Shown piece after piece: positions 26,243 through 39,410 of a DNA stretch of 64,000 nt; positions within the stretch are counted from its first letter, which is position 1, and every line of letters starts with the position of its first letter. The position numbers and the translations under genes are program-made. The DNA is from Lytechinus pictus (Eukaryota), in the NCBI RefSeq assembly GCF_037042905.1, contig NC_087252.1, positions 620,001 to 684,000 on the forward strand. Direction: 5' to 3'. The notes under the pieces were generated by a model that was given only the letters and a program-made list of their open reading frames with translations, had not been told where the DNA came from and made no database searches.

Positions 26243-26481
26243 TGTTATATATGAAGGTTTGAAAGAAAGAATAACATAAATGTGTAATAAGGTCTGCATG
26301 TACAGACTAGCAACATGTATGAATCTGTATTATGTATACACATGTAGAAGTGGACATTGGACAACACACACAAGGAGACTGTAAATGAAGGAGCAATAAA
26401 GAGTCAACAGACATTTTGAGTTAAGCAAAACTTGAGACTTTAATGTGTCATTATTCGGCTGGATGAACCCAAAACATAACA
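26243..26481 (+). repeat. 3' LTR
   Basis: Preceded by the PPT and followed by the TSD TTTAG. Confidence 0.95.
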
Positions 26482-27289
26482 TTTAGGTTTCCAGATCCAG
26501 GACTAGAAAAACAGGCCTAAACCTAGACCAACAGCTCAGTCTTGACTAGAGTCTAGACTAGGCCTGGCCTAGATTTATGTAAGAATTTAGATCTAGGCCT
26601 AGGCCTAACGTTAGTCTGTGCTATATATTCATTCTAGATTTCTAGCCTAGCCCTAACTGGCTGATCTAGTCTACTGTATGATCTATAATCTCTAACGCTG
26701 GCCTAGATCTAACTTTGTTAGACTAAATAACTTAGACTAAAAGTTAGACCCTATCTAGACCTAGAACTAGATCTATATCAATCTTGGTATACATGTAATA
26801 GGTCTAGATCTAGAGATTTGTAGACTCTCAACATGCTCAATGTAGATTCTAAATAAATAAAAAAGTAAGTAGTGGCTAGTCTCGGGCTAGTCTACAGTAG
26901 ATCTAATCATCTAACGTTAGGCCTTTAAATGAAGTAGGCTGGAGATTTAACATTGGATTATTTCTATTACTAGATCTAGACCTAGATCTAAAGCTAGGGA
27001 CTGTATTAGGACTGTAGTTCGAGATCTAGAGGTCTAGCATCCCCCTTAAAACTACTGCTAACTAAGCCTAGTACAGCTTCATGTTGTTCTCTGTGTAGCC
27101 AAACAACAGTTAGCATTGTCTTAATCTTATTTTGGTGTGTGTAGTTACCGTACAAACACATATTTTGATGAATGAGAAAATGTGCCTTGCAGATTATTTA
27201 ACCTCAAGTCAGAACCTAGTGTTCTAAATTTCATGAGCATAGGCCTATTTTGTCATAAAATGAAGAAGTATTTCAATCCATTAGATGTG

Positions 27290-28530
27290 TTTACACATTT
27301 ATTGATTTAATATGCTGTCACCATGGCAACACATTTTCGAACACACACAAATATATGTCTTGCAGATCTATACTTCAAAACCAATGTGTGAGCCAACTTT
27401 TATAATAATTAGTTGAAAACTAATAAAGGAGTTCAGATTTTCACCTAATTTCATTATGCAATATGTTGTTACCATGGCAACATGATTTCTCATACATACA
27501 AAAATATGTCTTGCACATCTTCAACTCAAGACTAATGTTTGTGCCAAATTTTATGAGCATTGGCTGAAAAAAGATGGAGTTCGAACTACCAAATTTTCAC
27601 CTTATTTTCGTTATTTAATATGTTGTTACCATGGCAACACGATTTCTGATACAGACAAAAATATATCTTGGACATCTTCACCTCAACATTAATGTATGTG
27701 CCAAATTTTTAAGAGAATTGACCAGTTGGAAACTGATAAAGTAATTCAAATCACTTGATTTTCATCTAACTTTGATATTTGATTTTTTACCATGGCAACA
27801 TGATTTTTTTTATAAAGTCATAAAATATATTTTGCACATCTTCACATCAAGACTAATGTTTGTGCCACATTTCATGAGAATTGGTTAAACTGAGGAAATA
27901 GTTGGAATTGCAAGATTTATACATAGTTTTTGCCATAATATACCGTTACCATGGCAACACAATTTCTGACGCATGCAAAAATGTGTCTTGCAAATTTTCA
28001 TCTAAAGACTTATGTCTGTGCCAAATATCATGAGAAATGGTTTATAAATTATAAAGTAATTAAAACCACAAGTTTTTCACCTAATTTTCGATATTTAATA
28101 TTTTTTTACCATGGCAACGCAATTATATTCTTTAGGCATAGAATATGTTTTGCACATCTTCACAATAAGACTAATGTATGTGCCAAATTTCATGAGCATT
28201 GGTTAAAAACTGAGGAAGTAGTTGGAACAGCAAGATTTATACATAGTTTTTGCAATAATATACCGTTACCATGGCAACACAATTTCCGACACATGAAAAT
28301 ATGTGTCTTGCACATCTTAACCTCAAAACCAATGTGCAAGTCAACTTTCTTGAGAATTGGTAGAAAACTGATGAAAGTATTTTAAACGGTAACATTTTGG
28401 CCATAATATACTGTTTCCATGGCAACGCAATTTCCAAAAAAGAAAAAAAAAACTTCTTACACCTCCTTACCTTGAGAACAATGTGTGTTCCAAATTTCAT
28501 GAAAATCGGTTAAAAACTGAGGAAGTAGCT
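27290..28530. repeat. About 150-160-bp tandem satellite, 8 copies
   Basis: CCATGGCAAC core at 27321, 27472, 27629, 27790, 27949, 28109, 28269 and 28417, with homologous spacers. Confidence 0.9.
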
Positions 28531-29524
28531 TGTAATGCAATATAGGCATACATTCTAAAAAAAATGTTGGCCATTATTTGTTGGATTTAAACCAGGCTTA
28601 AACTACCCCCTGCGCGAGTTTAACTTTTTGAGGATTTATTACCACACTTAGACCAGGGTTAACTTAAACCTTGCTATCGAAATACGAAACTTAAACCTAG
28701 GTTTAAATATGGCAGTTTATTACCACACTTAGACCAGGGTTAAGTTAAACCACGCTATCAGAATACGGCCCATTGAGTTTATTTTGACAAGGTGGTCGAT
28801 GGTTTGACAAAAAGATTAATGTAAATTATATGTAATAAAATAACACGTAAAGTAAACTCATCTAAATTATATAGAAATCCAGCGTTGTCTTAATTCGTTC
28901 TACAGGAAATTTGCACTATGTCCTTAGTACCCCAAATTATCTTCAAGACAACTTTGAATAAATGAGAATGCATCATATCTAGAAATAATTTGGAACAAAC
29001 AAACTGCGTGGCTTTTCATTCTAGTGGTCGATCGGATCGATCAAAACTGTTTTGCAAGATAGGACGCGATTTTTTCCCCCGTCAGTACTTATGCAGCAGA
29101 CGCGAGAGGGCACATTATACAACAGCCATGACGTCATCGCCTCATTAATATTCATGGCGACACGAATAGTTATAATATAGTGATCTTTCAACCCATCGAT
29201 CAGCTTGATTGTTGTGTCTTAATCAGATCAGTAAGCCACACCCATCAATCAACTTGATTGGTATGTCTTAATCAATAAGCCGATCCTGCAGTCGAGTTAA
29301 TTGACGCGGGATCCAGTCTCGCCTTTTCAAGGAATTTTCTTTAAACTAAAAATTGAGGCAAGACTCAAGTCCATTATTTATAGCCTGATTTAGAACCTCC
29401 AAAACAGCCCCCTCTCGTGTCGGTTGCACAAGTACTGACAGAAGAATATCGCAGACAGGACCTAGCATGACCATGATGACAAGTCTTCTATATATATTTG
29501 AATAAAATCACTTTTTTACTGCTA

Positions 29525-32500
29525 CTATGTCTCCCTTATGATGACTTGGCATACCAATGTATATGTATTACTGCATCGATTATCATGCATCGTACCGTCT
29601 GTCATTCTTAAAACCACGCAATCTCTGGTATTGTCAGGTTGGCCAAAGCCCCAGTCTATAAAGGTATAATAAAAGACAAAGATATTTATCAGCAAATTAT
29701 GTCATGCTGATGATCAACTTCGCTCGAATCACTTTCACATTTTTCATTAGGATGAGCACATAGTTAACGCTTTAAAGTGAGGATGTTTTCCAGATATAGT
29801 ACGTTGTAAACTTGTTCAATAGATTTGGTTCACTTTTGATTTTTTTTACCATACAATATGTGGAGAAGCTGCTCACATATGATGTCACTAATTGAAAAAT
29901 AAAAATTATTTTAACTTTTTAAAACTGTAATTGACTTTCCTCAGAACTTCACCAATATCTTTGATTATTTATTTGTATTACAATATTTTTTTTGTCAGGG
30001 TGAACTTTCCTATTTAAAGCTTAGTTTATCTTAACATATCATTATCATTTAATTAGCTCTAAAATTAACTTTTCGGAACTTAACAAAGGAGATGTTTCCT
30101 TTGAGCCAGAAAATAATTAACAATATAAAAAAAAATATGGTCAATGAATGCGTATGAAGCCTGAAGTTGGATTTAGGGTTTAACTCTAAAACGGCCAAGA
30201 GGCGGTTGAATCCTCATTATTATTATCATCATCCTCGTTAAAAGTATGAACCTATATTTCTATTCTGCTTTACAAAGGGTTAATTAATTTAATGAATTTT
30301 AATCCAGAGTTGTCATTTTTTCAAGCAATCTGCTTCTAATGGCAATATTCTCCTGCGAACAGTAAATGTTAAAATTATTTGGTTGTAGATCATATTTGTT
30401 TAGAATTACTTTATTCAATCCTTTTTTTTCGTCATGATTCAAGCCAAAAAAACCCGTAATATATCATGTTATGTAATGAAAGATATATGTATACGAATAT
30501 TATGAATGCAGAAGAAAGCAATAAACCAAATCAAATCAAATCCCGAAACTCGAAATTCATTGGACGCGCCACCCAGTCTGACCCCTTATACCAAAATGCG
30601 ACTCCAGGGTACGCGGTTGCGAAATTACGCAACATTATGTGAGTAACTGTCAGATCCAAAATTGCCCCAAACGTATTTTTTTTAATAAAAAGTCAATTGG
30701 GCAGTTCTTGCATCCAGATTTGCACACTATGCATATCTACAATTTTGCATTATAGGGTTTTGGGCCATACATTGCATCCATTGTTGAATTACATATAGGC
30801 AGGTCTAAATCCATAGGGCACTAGCCATATAGGAGTAACATTAAAATTGGTCATTACATAACACATACGTTCATGCGTTTCTTTGTGATAAAGTGAGTGT
30901 ACAGATGTTAAAGAAAAGCCAGGAAGGTAATTTAAAAAGAAACCTTCATGTGCCATATAATAAAGGTCACACGGGCCTAACTACAACTGGCAGGCCAATT
31001 CGAGCCAACCCATGGCTCAATTTTTAAATTTGATATTGCTGATTGACAAAAATGAATGAATATGATTGACAATTTAACACTGATTCTACGGAGGGTACCC
31101 ACTGAACTTCCTTTTTCAAAATTGGAAAGATATATCACCACTTTGGAACTATTTTTTTTACTAGCGGAATTATTAGGGCCATTTTACTCTCTCAAGTGAT
31201 AAATTTGTGTGTGTGTGTGTGTGTGTGTATTTGAGTATGTATTTGATCCTGTCAGGTGTAGTCTTCATAAATGCCGATTTATTTTTAAAATGAGCCGGTC
31301 GAGGTACCCTTTTCAGGTCAGATATGGAAAGTCAGACAGATATTCTGTCCACTGGTAGTAAACATTCAACCCTCGAATTTCCTCGTTATTTGTTATGATT
31401 TTTTTTTAAGTGCCACTTTAACACACGAGTCTATGGGAAATAAATTAGGCCTGTGATACCCCCGGGTTCTTAGAAACGAACATAGAGGGCAGCATCACGT
31501 TGCTTCCTTCTACGCTCGTTGGATTTTTACTTACTTCGGTAGTAAGTTTGTGTGTCTTGTTTGTCGGTGTAGCAGAGGTATGATCCGCTTATTCTTATAC
31601 AGTTCAACCAGACCCATCCATTGGTAACGTGAGTCTTTAAGATGACGTACTCTTCATCACTCTCAACGGAGACTAGGGAAGGGTCCTCCATCATCCCGTT
31701 ACCCATGGCAACAGCATCCAAACTATTACAGTGGTCTTTAGCTGCTTGGTAAGACGCGGATGAGGATGTTACCAGGAAACATTTGGTGCCCGCATACTCC
31801 CAATCGGCTGGACACACTTGATAAAAGGATAAAACGTGGATCACACAATTCATGTAACAGACTATATCTATTTATTTATTTTATTTACCTATTCCACTTT
31901 TAAAACAAATAACATAATATACATAACAAATGATATCAAGTTACCAGAAAATAATGGAGTAGAAAAAGAATAAAAATAAAAATAGTAAGATAAAATGAAA
32001 ATAAAATACGACAAAAAAAGACGGATGGGGGTTCAATGGATAACTAATAGAGAGTATAAGGAAGAAAGAATAGAAAAACATAATTAGAATTATAATTTTT
32101 TGCAGTCATCAGTACGATCCAGCCTTGTACCTCTCTAAAAGGTACAACTTAAAAGGATTGTCTAGGCTGGAGATATTTATATTTTAATAAAATTAATAGA
32201 GTAAAATTTACAAAGCAAATGGTGAAAATTTGATCAAAATCGCGTAACAAATGACAAAGTTATTGAATTTTAAAGATTTGCATTATTCCGGTGAAACAGT
32301 TTTAGGCATGTCTTAATAAATATATTCATTAGGTGGGCTGATGTGTCATATCTCCACTTGTTCTTTTGTATTTTATTATATGAAATTAGGTTTATTTAAA
32401 ACAATTATACCAAGAACTAAAACAATTGGATTGAAAACTGATTGAGTGCATTAGTTTTTTATTGCCGCAACTTATTTCATCATAATGGAGACACATCATT

Positions 32501-35500
32501 TACACATGTATGAAAAAATGAAGCATTTATGATTTCATTTAATAACATAAGAAAAGGGAAAGTGGCGATGTGACATCATCAGCTCACTTAATGAATATTT
32601 ATGAGGATGTGCATACAACTGTTTTCACAAAATATTGATAACCTTTAAAATTTAATAACTTTGTTATTTTTTTTTCGATTTTGATGAAATTTTCAGCAGT
32701 TTGCTCTATGAATTTTACTCTATTTTTTTAGATATAAATATATAAATATTTTCAGAACGGACCATCCCTTTAAGCTTAGGTTTGAAAGAATTGAGAGCGG
32801 GGCTATCAACCAGTTCGTTATTTAGGATGTTCCATAATTTGGATCCTGTAGTAGTAAAAGTTCGGGTTCGGGTTTGTGTGAGGTAGTAATGGTTAGCTTG
32901 TCTAGTTGAATGGGAATGCAAAATGAAATTGCGTTGAAATAATGGCGCAAAAGCATATGGTAAATTATCATTCTTAAATTTGAACATAAATATACCAAGG
33001 TTGTACAAATATATATTTTCAAGATTTTGCAATTATAAAAAAAAAGTCATTTGTATGAGCACGAAATCCAGCGTTATTGGTTATTCTTATAACACGCTTT
33101 TGGAAATGCTAATTTTGTCCAAGAGGGTTTTGGAGCTATTACCCCCAGTTAGAATGCAGTAATTAAAGTAGAGCAAAATAAGAGCAGGATAAAGTACATG
33201 TATACGCAACACATGAAAGGGTACAAGCGTTTCAGTTTGTTTATCACACCAGTGTTACGAGATAATATTTTTTATAAGGAATCAATCTATACCCGCCATG
33301 TTAGCTTACTGTCGATATATATACCTAAAAATTTGGTAGAATCAACTTCGGAGATGTTTTTATTGGGATCAGGACAACTACCCCCCGGACAATTACCCCC
33401 CGGACAATTACCCCCCGGACAACTACCCCGGAAATTACCCCCGAGGACAATTATTCCCCGGACAATTACCCCCCCCCCGAGGACAATTACTCCCCGGACA
33501 ATTACCCCCTGAGGTCAATTACCCCCCCCCCGAGGACAATTACCCACCGGACAATTACCCCCCTGACAACTACCCCCCCGGACAATTACCCCCCGGACAA
33601 CTACCCCCGGACAATTACCCCCCGAGGACAATTACCCCCGGACAATTATCCCCTGGACAATTACCCACGAAGACAATTACCCCCGAGGACAATTACCCCC
33701 GGGAACAATTACCCCCCCCCCTGAGGACAATAACCCCCTAGACAAAGGGAGTGCACAGAGTCATACGTCGGCCGTACGTTTGACGTAAGAAGTACTCAAG
33801 GCATTCTCGAGTATCTTGGAATCAAACGAACGCCGTAAGAAAGCTGTAAAAGTGAGCTCCATCCATAGGCGGATCCAGGTGGGGCCCGAGGGGCCCGCCC
33901 CCCCCCCCCTATTGGCGGAGCAAAAAAATAAAAAAAAAGAAAGGGGAAAGAAAGAAAAAAAGAAAAAGGAGGGGAAAGAAAGATGGAAAAAGAAGAGGTA
34001 AAATAAAAGGAGGGAGACGAGTGAAACAAAAAGTCATGGGAAGACTTGGAAAATGATAAAAAAATATATTTCATGTCACTATGTTAAATAATTCGCTCGC
34101 GCTTCGCGCTCGCATAGCCTGTTCGATGAGATACATATCTTGCTAAATAGGCTAAATAGCCTGATATGAAGCTTAAAATATCAAGTTTTGAAGTCGATAT
34201 ACAAAGCATATTTCAGCTCGGACATTATTCATTAGTTTGTTTGATTTACAAACTGATTTTTTAAGTGCTCTATAAAATTTCCGTTTGTGGTCTAATTATT
34301 AATATTTTCAGCTCATGCTGCTCGGTCGCATTATTTGATTTGCATAGGCCTACTTCTTTATAAATTCTTACAAACCGTCCTTAAAATGCACCTTAAACGA
34401 ATTGTATACTATCATGATTGCCAATTTGTATAGAAAATACACTGTGTTTGATTATGTCATATTGTTTAAATTTAGTAATTTTGGTACTTAATTTCCTTCT
34501 TTAAAGGGGAATCCAGCCTTGGCCATAAAATGTTATGTTGGGAAGGAGAAAAATGAATTAAACAAAATGGTGAAAGTCTGAAAGAAATCGGACAAGCAAT
34601 AAGAAAGTTATAGCTGCTTTAAAATTGAGATCACTAATACTATGTAAATTTCAAATTGGCAACTGGGTAAGTAAACTATGACAAGGGGCAATGACAACTT
34701 TCCCATAGTCCATGTACTTTATTATCAGGGATTTGTGTTTTTTTCCATTCCCCTGGGGCAGTAATCTAAATATAACCCAGGTAGTACATTGTTTTATGTC
34801 CTCATGAAAGAAAAATATAATTTGAAATAAAACTTTTAGGAAAAATGACATTTTAGCCATAATATGTATTGGAGTACATGGAAGAGTAGTCATTGCTTTA
34901 CATCACTATGACATCCCATATGCGGCCAATTTGAAGTCTCCATGGGTATAGTGATTAACAATATTTACAATTTTTAAAATTCATAACTTTCTTGTTGTTT
35001 GTCCAATATTGTTCAAACTTTCACCTATCAACTTGTCTGATTTTTCTTTTCCTTATAAAAACAAATTTTTATTTGGGTTGGATTCCCCTTTAATGTTTAA
35101 TTGCTTTCACCCAAGAATAATACACACAAAATGTAATTTTACCATTTAGGTCCTAAATGGTAAAATCACAAATTATTCTTGTGTGTATTATCTTTGCAAA
35201 AAGTTTTTTAGCTTACTGTACTAAGTTATAAAGCCACATCTGAATCTGGAATGTGCACCAATTGTTTCAAAATTCTTAGCTTCTTGTTAGTTGAATTGTT
35301 TTAAAATAACAGGTTTATAGGTCCTACTTGACAGTGTTAGTGTTAATTGCGTTATCGACTTTCAATATTTCTAACTATGAAGGTGTCTTTTTTACGTTTT
35401 ATCTATTTGCCTGATTTCTTTCCTGAAATTAAACCCAAAATAAATATTTAAAAAAAATCAGATCAGTTGGAATCAGAGATATTCAGCATTTGTGATTATT

Positions 35501-38500
35501 ATGACTAATCGTGTTCAGTTGTTCTATGAAAACTTAGTATGAGGGCCAGTTTACACTTTTTCTGATGCATATATGCATAGCCAAACGGGAGGTTTCGGGT
35601 GCAAGCCCCCCCCCCCCCATTTTTCATGATGCAGAAGGCGCCGCTAAACAAAAAAAAAGGAAAAAGGCGAAAGTGAGAGAGCAGTAGAAAGAGCAATATA
35701 AAAGAGAAAGAAAAAGTTATTAACGTAAGATAAAGTAGAAAATATTATGAAAACCTGTGCCACCGACCAAAACTTACAATGGGTCCCGCTTAATTCTAAC
35801 ATTGATGCTGGAGAGAAGGGGGGATTTTCTGGGGGTAATTGTCCGGGGGGTAGTTGCCTGGGGGGTAGTTGTCCGGGGGGTAATTGTCCGGGGGGTAATT
35901 GTCCGGGGGGTAATTGTCTGGGGGGTAATTGTCCTCAGGGGGTAATTGTCCTGGGGGTAGTTGTCCGGGGGGTAATTGTCCTCGGGGGTGATTGTCCGGG
36001 GGTAGTTGTCCCGGGGGTAATTGTCCGTGGGGTAGTTGTCCTGATCCCCAGTATTAATGATATCTAAAAGGGTATTGGGGTTTTGATGGGAGCAAAAAAT
36101 ATTGGAGTCATCAGCAAAAATAATAAAAGACAATACAGAAGAAGTATTCTGTAAATCTTTGATTATAAAATAAAGAGGAGCGGGCCTAATAATGAACCTT
36201 GTGGGACTCCACATCTAATGGGTTGAGGGGTTGATTCAACACCATTAATATAAACATATTCTTTTTTATCATAAAGGTAGTCCCTGAACCACTCCCAGGC
36301 CTTTCCTCGAATTCCGTAGTGAGACAAATTGTATAGCAAATTAATATGGTTAATGGTGTCGAAGGCCTTGGAGAGGACCAGAAAAATACCTGCAGCATGT
36401 AACTTGCTGTCAATAGCTCTGGCAATTTTATTGCTACTTAATAAGAGGGCATGTGTTGTTGAATGTTGTCTGCGGAAACCAAATTGAGACCCAAATAGCA
36501 CATTGTTGTTATTTGAAAAAAATCAATGGGGCGAGAGTAAATAATTTTATCTAGTATCTTGGAAAAACTGGTTGAAAGAGATATAGGGCGATAATTTCCT
36601 ATGTCATGTTTATTGCCTTTCGTATAGATAGATATGACCCTGGAATTTTTTTTTTTTGGTTAAAGATAAATTAAATATATGTGTTAACGGACAGACAATT
36701 TTTAATAAGGCATTTGTTACACCATCATATGAGGCTTTTATTTTGCTTCATGTTACTTTTATTTGATTGAAAAATATTTATTTATGAAAAACACAAGATC
36801 AGTGAAAAAAAACAAGGTCCGAAAAAGGTTGAAAAGTTACATCAAAATTAAAAAATCATATCATTAGTGGGGAAAAATACGCTTGCCGCCATAATAATAA
36901 TAATAATAACTCTTATTTACCCAGGGTAGCCACTCTCAGCTGTAAGCTGTTCTTCCAGCGGGCCCTGCATAACATAATATGTTAGTATTACCCTTCTCCA
37001 TTCTCATACGTCGAGCGCCTGACAAGAAGGCAGAAGGTCCCATTTTTGTAAGTCTTTGGTATGACTCCTTGGTATGACACGACCTCCCGTTCATGAGGCG
37101 GGTGCTCTACCACTGAGCCACCATGTCCGGTTACAGAGCTCTGTAGTTATATTTATCTGATGTATGCATAGTATTCGAATCGCTCATGCACTGTAAATCA
37201 TATCGAATACAATTTTCAAAACATAAGCATCATTAAAGACCAAGTCTACCCCAGAAATATATAATCAATAAAGAAAAAAACAGACAACCATAATGCTTAA
37301 AATTTCATCAAAATCGGATGTAAAATAAGAAAGTTAGGACATTTCAAAGTTTCGCTTATTTTTCACAAAATAGTTATATGCACAATTTAGTCGCATGTAA
37401 ATGACAGAGTCGATGATGTCCCTCACTCACTATTTTCTTTTGTTTTTTTATTGTTTGCTTTATTCAATATTTCAATTTTGTCAGATTTTACAGAAAGGAC
37501 AAACTTAACTGAACCATAAAATGTTTAACAATGATACGTCCACATGTTTAGAGAGAAATAAAACTTTGTTTCACAGGACAATGAGTAGAAAATTAGAATA
37601 TTTCATATTTCACATAATAAAATACAAAGGAAACAGCGAGTGAGTGAAGGCATCAATCCCCTCATTTGCATACCGACAAGGATGTGCATATAACTTTTTT
37701 TTATTTTACACCCGTTTTTATAAAATTTTCAGTGTTTCGCTTGTTGGATTTTTCTCTTTTCATTCAAATCAACTTCTAATTGGGGTTGGACTTTTCCTTT
37801 ATTGCAATAGATTTAAAATAAGAACAATTATATTCATTATATGCTATATTTGGAGATTAAAACTAAGGTATAATATTCAGAGGAGAGTTATGATCATGAA
37901 TATGAATTTTCTGATGTCATCTCTAATTTTAGATAATATTCAGGCAGCGATTTTAATAGGACGACTATTCAACTTTAAGGAACAATAGATGAACAGTAAA
38001 AGAAGAACGGAAGAAGTGAAGATGATGAAACTTAATAATCAATTGAAAGGCATACAATTACATGAACACTAAACATACTGAAAATAATTATCGAACTGAA
38101 TGACGGTAAAATGTAACTGAAAATAACAACATACCACTCCTTGATGTATTTCAAACAAGATTAAACTCATGACCAGTAGTTAATTTTCTTAAATTTCTTC
38201 CGGGTACTAGAGAGGACAATATCTACTACTTTAAGAAGATCGACGACACAGTTTTGGAGTTAATTCGATACAAGGCTTATATACGCTTACTTGGAATCTG
38301 ACAATTCTTTCCAAGATATGCCTCAAGACAGGAGCAGCTATAGCCATCCAATTCTTCCGTGCACGATCCACCATTTTGACACGGATTTGAGTAACATTCT
38401 GTAAAAGGGAGAGGGAAATTACATGGTGACTCCGTTGTGCTCTTTAGCTGCCGGGTAGGTGTTTCATAAAGTTGTTTGTAAGTCAAGAGCGGCTTTTAAG

Positions 38501-38614
38501 AATGACTGGTGAAACTTTCTTACCCGCTAAATAACCCCGAATTAACATTTAATGTTGAATATCATTTACTACAAGGAAGAATCACTAGTCATTCTTAAAT
38601 TCACTCTTGACTAT

Positions 38615-38649
<35 letters not shown>

Positions 38650-38674
38650 TTACTACTACTACTACTACTACTAT

Positions 38675-38730
<56 letters not shown>

Positions 38731-38808
38731 TTACTACTACTACTACTACTACTACTACTATTACTACTACTACTATATTATTACTACTACTACTATTACT
38801 ACTACTAT

Positions 38809-38870
<62 letters not shown>

Positions 38871-38871
38871 T

Positions 38872-38921
<50 letters not shown>

Positions 38922-38922
38922 T

Positions 38923-38960
<38 letters not shown>

Positions 38961-39073
38961 TTACTACTACTACTATATTATTACTACTACTACTACTACT
39001 ACCACTACTACTACTACTACTACTATTACTACTACTACTACTACTACTATTACTACTACTACTACTATATTAT

Positions 39074-39109
<36 letters not shown>

Positions 39110-39378
39110 GTTAAACATAATGAATGATTAAATAGTACCTGGAAATGCACAATACATGTTAGTTTTGTCCCGTGCTTCCTGTGGCACTCTGACGTCATAT
39201 TCTGGATGATCACGTGTTAAATACTTGGCGACAAACTGAACAAATTCACCTGTTTGCTCGGAGATTTGATAGGGACATGCATTTAGAGGCATTGAGCTGC
39301 ATGTTCCATCACCAAGCACTGCTGTTACATCATAAAAGTTAAGAAAAAAGAAACATAGGAGGATGAAGGTGGAAAATA

Positions 39379-39410
<32 letters not shown>

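Larger units (their letters stand above)
20397..26481 (+). mobile_element. Ty3/Gypsy LTR retrotransposon, Mag-clade-like
   Basis: 239-bp LTRs TGTTA...TAACA, 5-bp TSD TTTAG, PBS TGGCGACGAG (20641), PPT AAGGGGGAGGAA (26231-26242), domain order gag-PR-RT-RH-IN. Confidence 0.97.
19181..28771. mobile_element. Non-autonomous DNA transposon (about 3.5 kb without the nested Gypsy; PIF/Harbinger-group-like ends)
   Basis: TIR GGCCCGTATTCTGATAGC...GCTATCAGAATACGGCCC plus subterminal repeats. Empty site in unit C at about 48633 (TCAGATAAAATTATTTAGTTT). TSD is ambiguous (AT, or ATG/ATT). No transposase seen. Confidence 0.8.
31868..36740 (-). mobile_element. 5'-truncated decayed CR1/L2-group LINE interrupted by nested DNA elements (intron 4, B)
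   Basis: RT fragments QFGFR, LSKAFDTINH, GVPQGSLLGPL, FADDSN and STKFLG with frameshifts; (TAAA)n tail at about 31870. Confidence 0.8.

Noticed and set aside
27951..28500. 144-aa and 87-aa ORFs
   Set aside because: Chance frames within the satellite.
37080..37130. Possible tRNA gene
   Set aside because: T-arm/B box missing and followed by a SINE body and tail.
38552..39131. Poly-Y/T/L ORFs (also 59873-60583)
   Set aside because: Translations of (CTA)n microsatellites.
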